In this document: one piece after another, positions 54,606 through 63,554 of the stretch | Position numbering within the stretch: position 1 is the first letter of the stretch | Layout of the letters: each line of letters begins with the position of its first letter | NCBI GenBank assembly: GCA_964538575.1 | Contig: CAZIGG010000001.1 | Location: forward strand, 1,074 to 65,073 | Direction of reading: 5' to 3' | DNA: 64,000 bases | Source of the DNA: an uncultured Roseivirgaceae bacterium | Lineage (GTDB): Bacteria; Bacteroidota; Bacteroidia; Cytophagales; Cyclobacteriaceae | Program-made: the position numbers and the translations under genes | The notes under the pieces: model-generated | Databases searched by the model: none | The model's input: only the letters and a program-made list of their open reading frames with translations | What the model was told of the DNA's origin: nothing

Positions 54606-55199
54606 ATGACAATGAAAAATCAAACTTTACTTTGCACGCTAAACAGGTTTAGCCTGTCCTTATCTGTTATTTCAGCCTTGCTTTTTGCGGGTTGCAGTGA
54701 CGACCCTCAGGCTACAAATGAGGAAGAGGTAATCACAACATTTATTGTTACCCTGATACCGGCTGTTAACCCAACGCCCGCAGCAGGTGATACCATCAGG
54801 CTTAGCTGGGATGACACCAACCTCGATGCAATTGTTGATGCCAGCGAAGTGATCACAAGCGGCCCCTTACGCGTAAATGAAAAATACAACGCCTCTATTC
54901 AACTCCTTAACAAAAGTGTCGATCCGGAGATTGACATTAGTGAAGAGGTTAAAGAGGAGGATGAGGAACATATTTTTTGTTTTACCGTTACGAATGTGAA
55001 GATCTCAATAACAAATCCGGATAAAGATAAACACGGATTGCCGGTAGGGTTGACATCCACCTGGACAACCACAACGGCCAGTATCGGAACGGTAACCATA
55101 ATTCTGCGGCATCAGCCCGGAGTTAAAACAGGAGATTGCCCCGGGGCGGGCGAAACCGATGCCAGTATTACATTTAATGTTGAAGTTGCAAACCCTTAA
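54606..55199 (+). CDS. lipoprotein, function unknown, receptor-associated
   Basis: 197-aa ORF with lipobox FAGC, 20 nt after the receptor gene. Acidic stretch EEVKEEDEEH. No motif recognised. Confidence 0.5.
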   Translation: MTMKNQTLLCTLNRFSLSLSVISALLFAGCSDDPQATNEEEVITTFIVTLIPAVNPTPAAGDTIRLSWDDTNLDAIVDASEVITSGPLRVNEKYNASIQLLNKSVDPEIDISEEVKEEDEEHIFCFTVTNVKISITNPDKDKHGLPVGLTSTWTTTTASIGTVTIILRHQPGVKTGDCPGAGETDASITFNVEVANP

Positions 55200-55209
55200 C
55201 AGCGTTTTT

Positions 55210-55953
55210 CTATAATTCCTTTTTTACCAGGAATTGCCCGAGGTCTTTCAGGTTAAGAATGCCTTCGTAGTAGGCTTTACCAAAGATCACGGCAAATACG
55301 CCCATATCGTTCAGGCGCTTGATGTCGTCAACACCGCGAATGCCTCCGCTGGCCAGCACGCAAATTTCCGGGAACTTGTCGATAATGTTCTTGTAAAATT
55401 CAAAGGCGGGGCCTTCCAGCACACCATCGCGCGATACGTCTGTACTTTTAACATACTTCAATCCGCGGGAGTAAAAATACTCAAGGTGTTCGAACAACGT
55501 AAGTTCGGATTTACTTTGCCAGCCGCGAAACAAAAGATTCATTGACTTCATGTCCGTCACGTCCGCACCAAGCGTAATTTTTTCCCGGCCATAGGAGACA
55601 ATCCACGAAGCAAAGAGTTCAGCGTTTGTTACGGCAATGCTCGATGCTGTTATAAAATCGGCTCCCGATTCATAGGCCTTGCTAATGTCGCCATCGTTGG
55701 AGATACCGCCCGTAAAATCAATTTTCAAGTCTGTATGTCCGGCAATCGCCTCAACAACGTGATAATTAACCGGACTTCCGCGTTCTGCGCCATCCAAATC
55801 CACGAGATGGATTACATCGATGCCGTGGTCTTCAAAACGCTTAGCCAGGTCCAGCGGGTTTTCATCATACGCTTTTTCGCTGGTGGGGTCACCTTTGCGC
55901 ATTTTAACAACTCTGCCCTTGCGGATGGCTATGGATGGAATTACCTGTATCAT
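55210..55953 (-). CDS. HisA-like (beta/alpha)8-barrel protein, orphan
   Basis: Internal ATG gives MIQVIPSIAIRKGRVV. HisA-like LGADV, TDVSRDGVLEGP and ASGGIRGVDDI are present. The N-terminal PAIDL Asp reads Ala here (PSIAI). Confidence 0.7.
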   Translation of the reverse strand: MIQVIPSIAIRKGRVVKMRKGDPTSEKAYDENPLDLAKRFEDHGIDVIHLVDLDGAERGSPVNYHVVEAIAGHTDLKIDFTGGISNDGDISKAYESGADFITASSIAVTNAELFASWIVSYGREKITLGADVTDMKSMNLLFRGWQSKSELTLFEHLEYFYSRGLKYVKSTDVSRDGVLEGPAFEFYKNIIDKFPEICVLASGGIRGVDDIKRLNDMGVFAVIFGKAYYEGILNLKDLGQFLVKKEL

Positions 55954-56098
55954 TTCACTCGTTCGGATCGCTAAAATACCACAACCCGCTGAAACATCAT
56001 CAGTTTTTCTGAATTTACTGTCGCCAGGCGGCAGGACTTTTGCAAAGCAGCACATAAAATATCCTTACCTTTAACTACCACGTGAAAACAGAAAACGT

Positions 56099-57688
56099 AT
56101 GAATCGACTGAGCGTAATCGTTTGTTTACTGCTGATTTCTCAAACAGCTTTTTCACAGGCCAAAATCCGCAGGCTACCAAACTCGATTAATAATCCGGCT
56201 ATAAATGTTTTTGCCCCGTTCATCAGCCTGGACGGTTCATCGATACTGTTCACCTCGGACTACGCGAATGATAATGGGGCGCTCGTGTATTACAGCCAGC
56301 GGGAGAGTGGCGATTGGAAACAGCCTGTTGAACTTCCCAAACATCTCAATACAAAGTTAAATCTACTCAAGGGCTATTCGTTAAGTCCGGATGGCAAAAC
56401 GCTTTACATTACATCCGCAAAATCAGGCGGAGTAGGAGGGTTCGATATTTGGGCCAGTGAACGTACAGGCACTACGTGGTCACCGCTTAAGAATCTTTTT
56501 CTTCCCATAAACACCCGGGGAAATGAGGGGTGCGCGACTTTCACCCCGGATGGTAACACAATCTACTTTATGCGTTGCGATAAGATGGATATGGAGAAGG
56601 CCGACAAGTGTAAAATATTTATGGCTGCAAAAAAGCCAGGCACTGAACAATGGGGCGAACCTGTTGAGCTTCCGGCAAACATCAACACCGGTAATTCACA
56701 AACGCCACGCATTGCCGCGGATGGTGAAACACTGATTTTCTCATCCGACAAAATAACGCCCAATAAAGGCGGAATGGATTTGTATGTTACCAAACTTAAG
56801 GATGGAGCCTGGTCTGACCCCTTACCGATTGATGCCGCGAATACACAAAAAGACGACCAGTACATAAGCATGCAGGCGAACGGACGATATGTTTTAAAAG
56901 AAGCGCCCGGAAAATATAAAAGTGAAATAGTGGAGTATCTTCTGCCGGACGACCTGCGCCCCAGGGGAATAATGAGGGTTGAAGGATTTATTAAAGATGC
57001 TGGCGGCAAGGCCACACCGGCATACCTTTCCGTATTTGATCTTTATAATAACAAGCGCATTCTTAGTGCCCGGCCGGAAAGTGACGGCTCATTCTTCTTT
57101 TATTTATTAGAAGGTAATGCATATGAACTGTCTATCGATCATGAGCAGGGAACCTATACGTATTTCTCAAAACAATACGACCTGATGCACGATGATGCAC
57201 TGCGAACCGATAAGATCAATGTTGTGCTGAAACCTGTTGCAGCCGGAGATGAGCTTGTACTGGATGGCCTTCGCTTCATACCGAATAAGCTCGAACTCGA
57301 TAATAATGCAGAGTCGGAATTGAGAAGACTTACCCGCCTGATGAAAAACACACCGTTTGATTTTGAATTACAAGTATTGTTATCCGGATACCTGGAGGAT
57401 TCCGTTCAAACATCACCCGGCCTGACTGAAGTTATTGTTGATTCAACCCATGTTGTGCTGCAAAAGGTTGACTCGCTTGGTCAGCTTTCAACCCAGGATA
57501 GCCTGATCGTTAAAACCCGGTATCATAACGATCGAACGCAAAAAGAAGCAAACGTTATTATTGATAAGCTGGTAGCTTCGGGCATTGACCCCGGCCGACT
57601 AACAATGTTTGTTAATGCCCGGCAGGAAGACATTATTGAAAACCGGAAAACCGTGATTAAGATCATTGCCCGGCCAAAGCGCAACTAA
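56099..57688 (+). CDS. secreted PD40/TolB-like repeat protein with degenerate OmpA-like C-terminal domain
   Basis: 529-aa ORF with signal peptide. Repeated S.DG..L.F.S motifs (SLDGSSILFTS, SPDGKTLYITS, TPDGNTIYFMR, AADGETLIFSS). C-terminal L.GLRFIPNKLELD resembles OmpA-family domains. Confidence 0.6.
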   Translation: MNRLSVIVCLLLISQTAFSQAKIRRLPNSINNPAINVFAPFISLDGSSILFTSDYANDNGALVYYSQRESGDWKQPVELPKHLNTKLNLLKGYSLSPDGKTLYITSAKSGGVGGFDIWASERTGTTWSPLKNLFLPINTRGNEGCATFTPDGNTIYFMRCDKMDMEKADKCKIFMAAKKPGTEQWGEPVELPANINTGNSQTPRIAADGETLIFSSDKITPNKGGMDLYVTKLKDGAWSDPLPIDAANTQKDDQYISMQANGRYVLKEAPGKYKSEIVEYLLPDDLRPRGIMRVEGFIKDAGGKATPAYLSVFDLYNNKRILSARPESDGSFFFYLLEGNAYELSIDHEQGTYTYFSKQYDLMHDDALRTDKINVVLKPVAAGDELVLDGLRFIPNKLELDNNAESELRRLTRLMKNTPFDFELQVLLSGYLEDSVQTSPGLTEVIVDSTHVVLQKVDSLGQLSTQDSLIVKTRYHNDRTQKEANVIIDKLVASGIDPGRLTMFVNARQEDIIENRKTVIKIIARPKRN

Positions 57689-58236
57689 TGCGAGAAGGGA
57701 ACGGCAACAACGGTGTTGTCCCACAACAAAACCATTTCGGTTTGTTCGCCCACTTTTTCGAATACAATGGTGAACTGTTCAAAGATCCGGTCTTGTATCA
57801 CAGCATGAACAGGAACGCTTAAAACATCAAGCGAAGGATTTCGGTCGGCCTCACCTTTGTGGTTGATGCCCCACTGCCCATGCTGAGAATTAAAAATAAC
57901 AGTCCATACAGTACTGTCCGGGATAGTCCACAATGTATACTTACCGGGAGCAAGGGTTTCCCCTTCAATTATAATGGACTTATTGGTTTCAAATGTCGTT
58001 GCTTCGTTGGCTCCGGTTCGCCAAACCTTGCCGTAGGGCACAAGCTCACCAAAGATTTTGCGGCCTCTTTTTGAAGGACGGTTATACAATACTTTTAATT
58101 TGAGATTGCCTTCGGAATAGCTCACCTCTTCTTCCGGACTTAGCGATTTTTCATTTCTGCGTTGAATGCGTTGAACCAGCAGAAGCACCGCAATCAGGGC
58201 TACACCTACAGCCAAAAAGACTAAAAAACGTTTCAT
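57685..58236 (-). CDS. DUF2911-family protein
   Basis: 183-aa ORF with an N-terminal TM/signal anchor. YGKVWRTGANEAT and PGKYTLWTIP are typical of DUF2911. Confidence 0.65.
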   Translation of the reverse strand: MKRFLVFLAVGVALIAVLLLVQRIQRRNEKSLSPEEEVSYSEGNLKLKVLYNRPSKRGRKIFGELVPYGKVWRTGANEATTFETNKSIIIEGETLAPGKYTLWTIPDSTVWTVIFNSQHGQWGINHKGEADRNPSLDVLSVPVHAVIQDRIFEQFTIVFEKVGEQTEMVLLWDNTVVAVPFSH

Positions 58237-58328
58237 TGCTCGCTTCTAAATTCTGGTTTACTCCTTCAACAGAACGCAAAACATACGATAATTTCGAATG
58301 TTTTCTATAGAAAGTAGCGGAATCGTCC

Positions 58329-58336
58329 TATTTTTG
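58329..58336 (+). promoter_or_regulatory. -7 box TATTTTTG
   Basis: Exact TAnnTTTG, 20 nt upstream of the ATG at 58357. This is the same spacing seen for purK and feoA. Confidence 0.45.
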
Positions 58337-58356
58337 GCATTCTAACGCTACCGCTT

Positions 58357-58479
58357 ATGTTCGATGCATCCTGGACTCCATTTTACGTGGTAATTGCCCT
58401 GTTTGTTTTGGCGATTGTTTCACCGTGGATTTTCCCCAATAAAATGGTCAGCAAAAACAAGCACGATAACAAGTTTTAA
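58357..58479 (+). CDS. candidate 40-aa single-pass membrane peptide
   Basis: ATG..TAA ORF below the track cutoff: MFDASWTPFYVVIALFVLAIVSPWIFPNKMVSKNKHDNKF. It has one hydrophobic helix and a basic tail. A promoter box lies 20 nt upstream. Its frame differs from the spurious N-terminal extension of the LOG ORF. Confidence 0.35.
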   Translation: MFDASWTPFYVVIALFVLAIVSPWIFPNKMVSKNKHDNKF

Positions 58480-58498
58480 ACCGGCTTTTAGCCCCCAC

Positions 58499-59032
58499 AT
58501 GAACATCTGCGTTTTTTGTGGATCTTCTTCCGGAAACAATCCCATTTATGCCCGTGCTGCAAAGGAGCTTGGCTACAGGCTTGCAAAGGGTAAGCACACA
58601 TTAATTTATGGAGGCGGCAACGTTGGCCTGATGGGCATAGTTGCCGATGCCGTGCTTGAAAATAACGGGGAAGTGATCGGCATTATCCCGAAATTTTTAA
58701 TGGACCGGGAAGTGGGGCATGCGGGCCTTACCTCGCTTGAGGTTGTAACCAGCATGCATGAGCGGAAAAAAAGAATGGCCGATCTTTCTGATGCATTTGT
58801 TGCCATTCCTGGCGGCTGGGGAACACTCGAAGAACTTGCTGAAATTCTAACCTGGAAACAGCTTGGATTACTGACACAGCCTGTTGCGGTGCTTAATATT
58901 AACGGGTTCTTTGACCCCCTGCTGGCACAAATGAAATCTATGGTGGATGAAGGGTTTCTTCACGAAGAAAATTTCAAATCAATCAAAAGCAGCGATTCCC
59001 CGGCAGAAATGTTATCTGCGTTAATACCGTAA
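58499..59032 (+). CDS. LOG-family nucleotide 5'-monophosphate nucleosidase (TIGR00730-type)
   Basis: The ATG at 58499 gives MNICVFCGSS. GGGNVGLMG and the PGGxGTxEE motif (IPGGWGTLEE) are present. Confidence 0.85.
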   Translation: MNICVFCGSSSGNNPIYARAAKELGYRLAKGKHTLIYGGGNVGLMGIVADAVLENNGEVIGIIPKFLMDREVGHAGLTSLEVVTSMHERKKRMADLSDAFVAIPGGWGTLEELAEILTWKQLGLLTQPVAVLNINGFFDPLLAQMKSMVDEGFLHEENFKSIKSSDSPAEMLSALIP

Positions 59033-59084
59033 CCGGGGGTATACTTCTTTACGTTAAATTTGTTTTAACTTGAAGTGGACTACC

Positions 59085-60329
59085 ATGAGAAATCTGCTGC
59101 TTGTTTTCCTTGTTTTTTCTCTTGCAACGGCTCAGGCTCAAACGTTAGGGTTTACCTTTCCTGAAGGCCGGAAGCGGGCAGATATTCCCATTCAGATTCA
59201 TAATAATCTCGTTGTTGTATCGGTGATCATTAACGGAACGCTTCCGCTGAAATTCATTGTCGATACCGGAGTGCGCACCGCTATCCTGACGCAGAAAATG
59301 TTTTCTGATATTCTAGAATTAAAGTACACCAGAAAGTATACAATAGCCGGGCCCGGAGGAAACAAACTGGTTGATGCATATATTACAAACAACGTTTCGA
59401 TATCCATGCCCGGATTAAATGGTATGCCCGGCATTGAGGGCAGGGGTCATACGCTCTTGGTGCTCGATCAGGATTTATTAGAATTACGAAATTACCTGGG
59501 TGTAGATGTTCATGGCATTCTTGGCTATGAGCTTTTCAGCAGGTTTGTCATCCGGATTGATTATAAAAAGAAAGTTATGACGCTGTACACTCCGGAAAAA
59601 TTCCGGCCCGGAAGAAAGTATCAGGAGCTGCCCATGGTAATAGAAGATACAAAGCCTTTTATTCTTACTCCCCTTAACATCGATCCTGACAATATTCTTA
59701 CCGCAAAGCTTTTGGTTGATACCGGAGCAAGCCACAGCCTGATGCTGGAACCAACTTCCGATAAGCGGATTGTTGTTCCTCAAAACAGAGTAAGCACGGT
59801 ATTGGGAAGAGCGATCGGTGGGGTGATTACCGGAAAGACCGGCAGAATTGAATCCGTTGAGTTCGGAAAATTTACCTTGCAAAAGGTGATCACCAATTTT
59901 CCTGATTCCAACAGTTACCTCGATACGCTGAAGCATGCAATTACGTTTCGCAATGGTTCTGTGGGCGGTGAAATTTTAAGTCGATTCACCGTAGTTTTTA
60001 ATTTCCCGCATGGAAAGCTGTACTTAAAGAAAAATGCAGACTTTAAAAAGTCTTTCTTTCTTAACCTGAGCGGGCTTGAAATGAAAGCGAAGGGATCCAG
60101 GCTTGATGTTTACGAGGTGATGGACGTCCGTGATCTGTCACCGGCCATGCAAGCGGGTATTTTACAGGGCGACCTGATCATTTCTGTTAATGGCCTGTTA
60201 ACAAAGGACCTGAAACTCCATCAGCTCAATGCGTTGCTTAATTCCTCTCCCGGTAAGAAGGTCCGTGTTGAAATTGAACGGAACAAGGTCAGGCAAAGGT
60301 TAGAGTTCAGGCTCGAAAGTCAGATTTAA
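59085..60329 (+). CDS. secreted double retropepsin-like aspartyl protease with C-terminal PDZ domain
   Basis: The ATG at 59085 gives the signal peptide MRNLLLVFLVFSLATAQAQ. Two Asp-protease signatures (FIVDTGVRT and LLVDTGASH). PDZ-like GILQGDLIISVNG at the C-terminus. Confidence 0.7.
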   Translation: MRNLLLVFLVFSLATAQAQTLGFTFPEGRKRADIPIQIHNNLVVVSVIINGTLPLKFIVDTGVRTAILTQKMFSDILELKYTRKYTIAGPGGNKLVDAYITNNVSISMPGLNGMPGIEGRGHTLLVLDQDLLELRNYLGVDVHGILGYELFSRFVIRIDYKKKVMTLYTPEKFRPGRKYQELPMVIEDTKPFILTPLNIDPDNILTAKLLVDTGASHSLMLEPTSDKRIVVPQNRVSTVLGRAIGGVITGKTGRIESVEFGKFTLQKVITNFPDSNSYLDTLKHAITFRNGSVGGEILSRFTVVFNFPHGKLYLKKNADFKKSFFLNLSGLEMKAKGSRLDVYEVMDVRDLSPAMQAGILQGDLIISVNGLLTKDLKLHQLNALLNSSPGKKVRVEIERNKVRQRLEFRLESQI

Positions 60330-60364
60330 CCGCATCTTTCACTAAGATTTATTAGTTTCCATAA

Positions 60365-61489
60365 TTGGTTTCCGGAAAGACAATAATCATAGCCGGTGGC
60401 GGGCTTGCCGGCCTTGTTGCAGCCATTCGCCTGGCGCGCAAAGGTTTTGATTGCACACTCATCGAAAAAAAAACTTATCCGTTTCATCGCGTTTGCGGGG
60501 AATACATTTCGAATGAAACGGCCGATTTTTTAAAACGGGAAGATCTTTATCCGCAGGAATTCAATCCTCCTCAAATTACACAGTTCCAGTTAAGTTCTGT
60601 TAAAGGGAAAAGTACGATTGCGGCTTTAGACCCTGGAGGCTTCGGTATCAGCCGATTTACGTTTGATCATTACTTGTTTGGCCTTGGACAAAAAGCCGGG
60701 GTCAATTTCCTGTTGAACACAGAAATTGAATCGATACAACACGTTGAAGAAAACTTTACAGTTAACACCGCTGAAAAAGATTTTTCTGCCCCGATTGTTA
60801 TTGGCGCCTTTGGTAAGCGGTCTAAACTTGATGTTCAGCTCGCGCGGGGATTTATTAAAAAACGTTCACCATACGTTGGTGTTAAATACCACGCGAAAAC
60901 AAATCATCCGGACGCGATCATAGCCCTGCATAATTTCCGGGGCGGATATTGCGGGGTAAGCAATGTGGAGGATGGAAAGACCAATATCTGCTACCTCAGC
61001 CATCGCGACAAACTGAAACAGTTTGGCAGCATTGATGCATTAGAAAAAAATGTTTTGTTTGAAAACCCGCATCTCAAAAAGATTTTTAACGAGGCCGATT
61101 TCCTTTTTCAAAAGCCTGAAGTCATTAACGAAATTTCTTTTGAAACGAAAGAGCCCGTTTGGAATCACATTCTTATGACTGGCGATGCGGCCGGCATGAT
61201 CACCCCGCTTTGCGGAAACGGCATGGCGATGGCAATTCACTCTGCCAGGATTTTAAGTGACCTGATTATTGAACATGCGAACAGCAAAGGTTTTTCGCAT
61301 CAAAAACTTGAACAAGCGTATGCAAGCTCCTGGCGGAAAACATTTTCAAAACGACTTTGGATTGGCCGCCAAATTCAAAACAACTTGTTCGGAACGGAGT
61401 GGGGCTCAACGCTTGCGGTTAATCTTGCGTTGCATTCAAAACCCGTTGCCAGCTTACTCATCAAACTAACCCATGGAAAAACTTTTTAG
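60365..61489 (+). CDS. FAD-dependent oxidoreductase/monooxygenase (geranylgeranyl-reductase-like fold)
   Basis: 374-aa ORF with TTG start. Dinucleotide fold IIIAGGGLAGLVAAIRLARKG, RVCGEYIS, and GDAAGMITPLCGNGM. Confidence 0.8.
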   Translation: MVSGKTIIIAGGGLAGLVAAIRLARKGFDCTLIEKKTYPFHRVCGEYISNETADFLKREDLYPQEFNPPQITQFQLSSVKGKSTIAALDPGGFGISRFTFDHYLFGLGQKAGVNFLLNTEIESIQHVEENFTVNTAEKDFSAPIVIGAFGKRSKLDVQLARGFIKKRSPYVGVKYHAKTNHPDAIIALHNFRGGYCGVSNVEDGKTNICYLSHRDKLKQFGSIDALEKNVLFENPHLKKIFNEADFLFQKPEVINEISFETKEPVWNHILMTGDAAGMITPLCGNGMAMAIHSARILSDLIIEHANSKGFSHQKLEQAYASSWRKTFSKRLWIGRQIQNNLFGTEWGSTLAVNLALHSKPVASLLIKLTHGKTF

Positions 61490-61496
61490 CTCGTCA

Positions 61497-62408
61497 TTAA
61501 CCTGGAAAGAGCGCCTGCAGCACCTGGCTGCTGTCCAGAAAAAAATAAATGAAGAATGCATTCAGGCATGTCGCTGAAATATAATTCAGTCCCATGGCAT
61601 AGCCGTAGCTGGCAGCGGATTCATCTTTAAGAACCTTAGAAAACCAAAACAAAAAGTATAATAACACAGGCGCCAGCGCAATAAAGAACGCGATTGCGTA
61701 CTTCAGCTTATGGAATTCAATAAAATAAAAAGTGAACTGAACTGCGGCTATAATGAATACCAATGCGGTGAAATAAAAGGTGCCGCGAATCCCAAGCTTC
61801 ACACTTAATGTCTGGTCGCCTCGTTTTAAATCTTCTTCGTGCTGATAGACCTGCGTCATCGGGTAGTTTGCCCACAGTACAACAGTAGTCAGCAGCGATG
61901 GAATCAAAACATGCGCATGAAAACATCTACTCAGCGAAAAATCATTCAATCCAACGTAGCACATAATAAACGTAAACGCGCCCTGAAAAAGCCCGGCCGC
62001 AATCCATCCAACAACAGGATACTTTTTTAACCGGACTATCGGATGACTGTACGCCTTCGAAACCAGGCCGTAAATAAAAAGCATCACAGCAAAGACAGGA
62101 TTGATGATAAAATACCCCAGCAGCAGCGCGATTGCATCAAAAGTCAATGATAAATAATAAAGCCCTTTGTTGACTTTGGGCGGATTTTTAAGGCCCCCGA
62201 TGCTTTTTTCATCTTTATCGAAATAACTGTTGAACCCGTTGGAGGCCGGGTATAAAAACAGATGGAGGATAATGAACACCCAGAGTAATCGCGGCTCACT
62301 GATGTTGGGAGAAACGGCAACGGCAAACAAAAAAACCGGTAACAGGAAATAGGAGAACGGAATGCGCAGGTGGAGCCAGGAAGAGCGTGAAAACATTGTA
62401 GCGAACAA
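61497..62408 (-). CDS. UbiA-family aromatic prenyltransferase
   Basis: 303-aa ORF with about 8 TM helices. First Asp-rich motif NGFNSYFDKDED-like (NSYFDKDEKS). Confidence 0.8.
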   Translation of the reverse strand: MFATMFSRSSWLHLRIPFSYFLLPVFLFAVAVSPNISEPRLLWVFIILHLFLYPASNGFNSYFDKDEKSIGGLKNPPKVNKGLYYLSLTFDAIALLLGYFIINPVFAVMLFIYGLVSKAYSHPIVRLKKYPVVGWIAAGLFQGAFTFIMCYVGLNDFSLSRCFHAHVLIPSLLTTVVLWANYPMTQVYQHEEDLKRGDQTLSVKLGIRGTFYFTALVFIIAAVQFTFYFIEFHKLKYAIAFFIALAPVLLYFLFWFSKVLKDESAASYGYAMGLNYISATCLNAFFIYFFLDSSQVLQALFPG

Positions 62409-62450
62409 ATCTGATCTAAATTAAGATATTTTGAGTTATACTTGGACTGC

Positions 62451-63554
62451 ATGAGCTATCTGACCTCTATTGGAATTGCTGTACCTGAAAATCGATTTGA
62501 ACAATCGGAGATTGGAAAATTCATGACGCGCGCCATGCAGCTTGATTATGAGAACAACCGCAAACTCAATGCTATTTTCAGGTCAAGCGGTATTTCGCAC
62601 CGGTATTCCGTGTTAACGGATTATGGTAAAGAGAAAGATTTCAGCTTTTATCCGAACACAGAAAATTTTGAGCCGTTTCCTTCAACGGGTTTGCGGTTAC
62701 AGGAATATCAGAAGTGTGCACCCGATTTGTGCATTGCCGCTATCAAGGATTGTCTTGCAAAACAACCAGGCATTGACATCCGCACGATTACCCATTTAAT
62801 AGTAGTAAGCTGTACGGGTATGTATGCGCCCGGTCTGGATATCGATTTAGTTGAAAAGCTTGGACTTCGCCATGATATACAGCGCATCAGCATTAATTTC
62901 ATGGGGTGCTATGCCGCCTTCAACGGAATTAAGGTCGGAGATGCTTTTTGCAAAGCTGATCCGCAAGCCAGCGTACTCATTGTATGTGTAGAGCTTTGCA
63001 GCATTCATTTTCAAAAACAAGCTACAGAAGATAACATGCTGGCTAATGCACTGTTTGCCGATGGTGCTGCTGCTATTTTAATGCAGGGTAATCCAACGGT
63101 AGGGGTTAATCTTGTACCTGAAGCATTCCACAACTCGCTCTCTTTTTCAAAAGATCCGCAAATGGCCTGGAGTGTGGGCAATCTTGGTTTTGAAATGAAG
63201 CTGACTTCTTATATACCCGAAATCATTCAAGGCGGGATTAAAAAGCTTACGGATGAAATGCTCAGTAAGATTAAAAGGAATTTCAGTACGATTAAACATT
63301 TTGCGGTTCATCCGGGCGGGAAAAAAATTCTGGAAGTAATTGAGAAAGAACTTGGCCTGTCGAAAAATGACAACCGGCATGCGTATGCTGTTTTAAATAA
63401 GTATGGCAACATGTCTTCACCTACAGTTCTGTTTGTTTTATGCTCCCTTCTTAAGGAGTCAACCCTACAGCATGAAGGCGAATCCATTTTGAGTTTTGCT
63501 TTCGGGCCAGGGCTTACAATGGAGAGTATTTTGTTCAAAATTCAATATGCCTGA
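62451..63554 (+). CDS. type III polyketide synthase (chalcone/stilbene synthase family)
   Basis: The ATG at 62451 gives MSYLTSIG. The Cys-His-Asn triad contexts VVSCTGMYAPG, FAVHPGGKKIL and YGNMSSPTVLF are all present. Confidence 0.9.
   Translation: MSYLTSIGIAVPENRFEQSEIGKFMTRAMQLDYENNRKLNAIFRSSGISHRYSVLTDYGKEKDFSFYPNTENFEPFPSTGLRLQEYQKCAPDLCIAAIKDCLAKQPGIDIRTITHLIVVSCTGMYAPGLDIDLVEKLGLRHDIQRISINFMGCYAAFNGIKVGDAFCKADPQASVLIVCVELCSIHFQKQATEDNMLANALFADGAAAILMQGNPTVGVNLVPEAFHNSLSFSKDPQMAWSVGNLGFEMKLTSYIPEIIQGGIKKLTDEMLSKIKRNFSTIKHFAVHPGGKKILEVIEKELGLSKNDNRHAYAVLNKYGNMSSPTVLFVLCSLLKESTLQHEGESILSFAFGPGLTMESILFKIQYA

Noticed and set aside
58394-58498. N-terminal 35-aa extension of the LOG ORF in the ORF track (MPCLFWRLFHRGFSPIKW...).
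   Set aside because: It uses an alternative start codon and has atypical composition. LOG-family proteins begin close to the conserved (I/V)CVFCGSS motif, which here directly follows the ATG at 58499.
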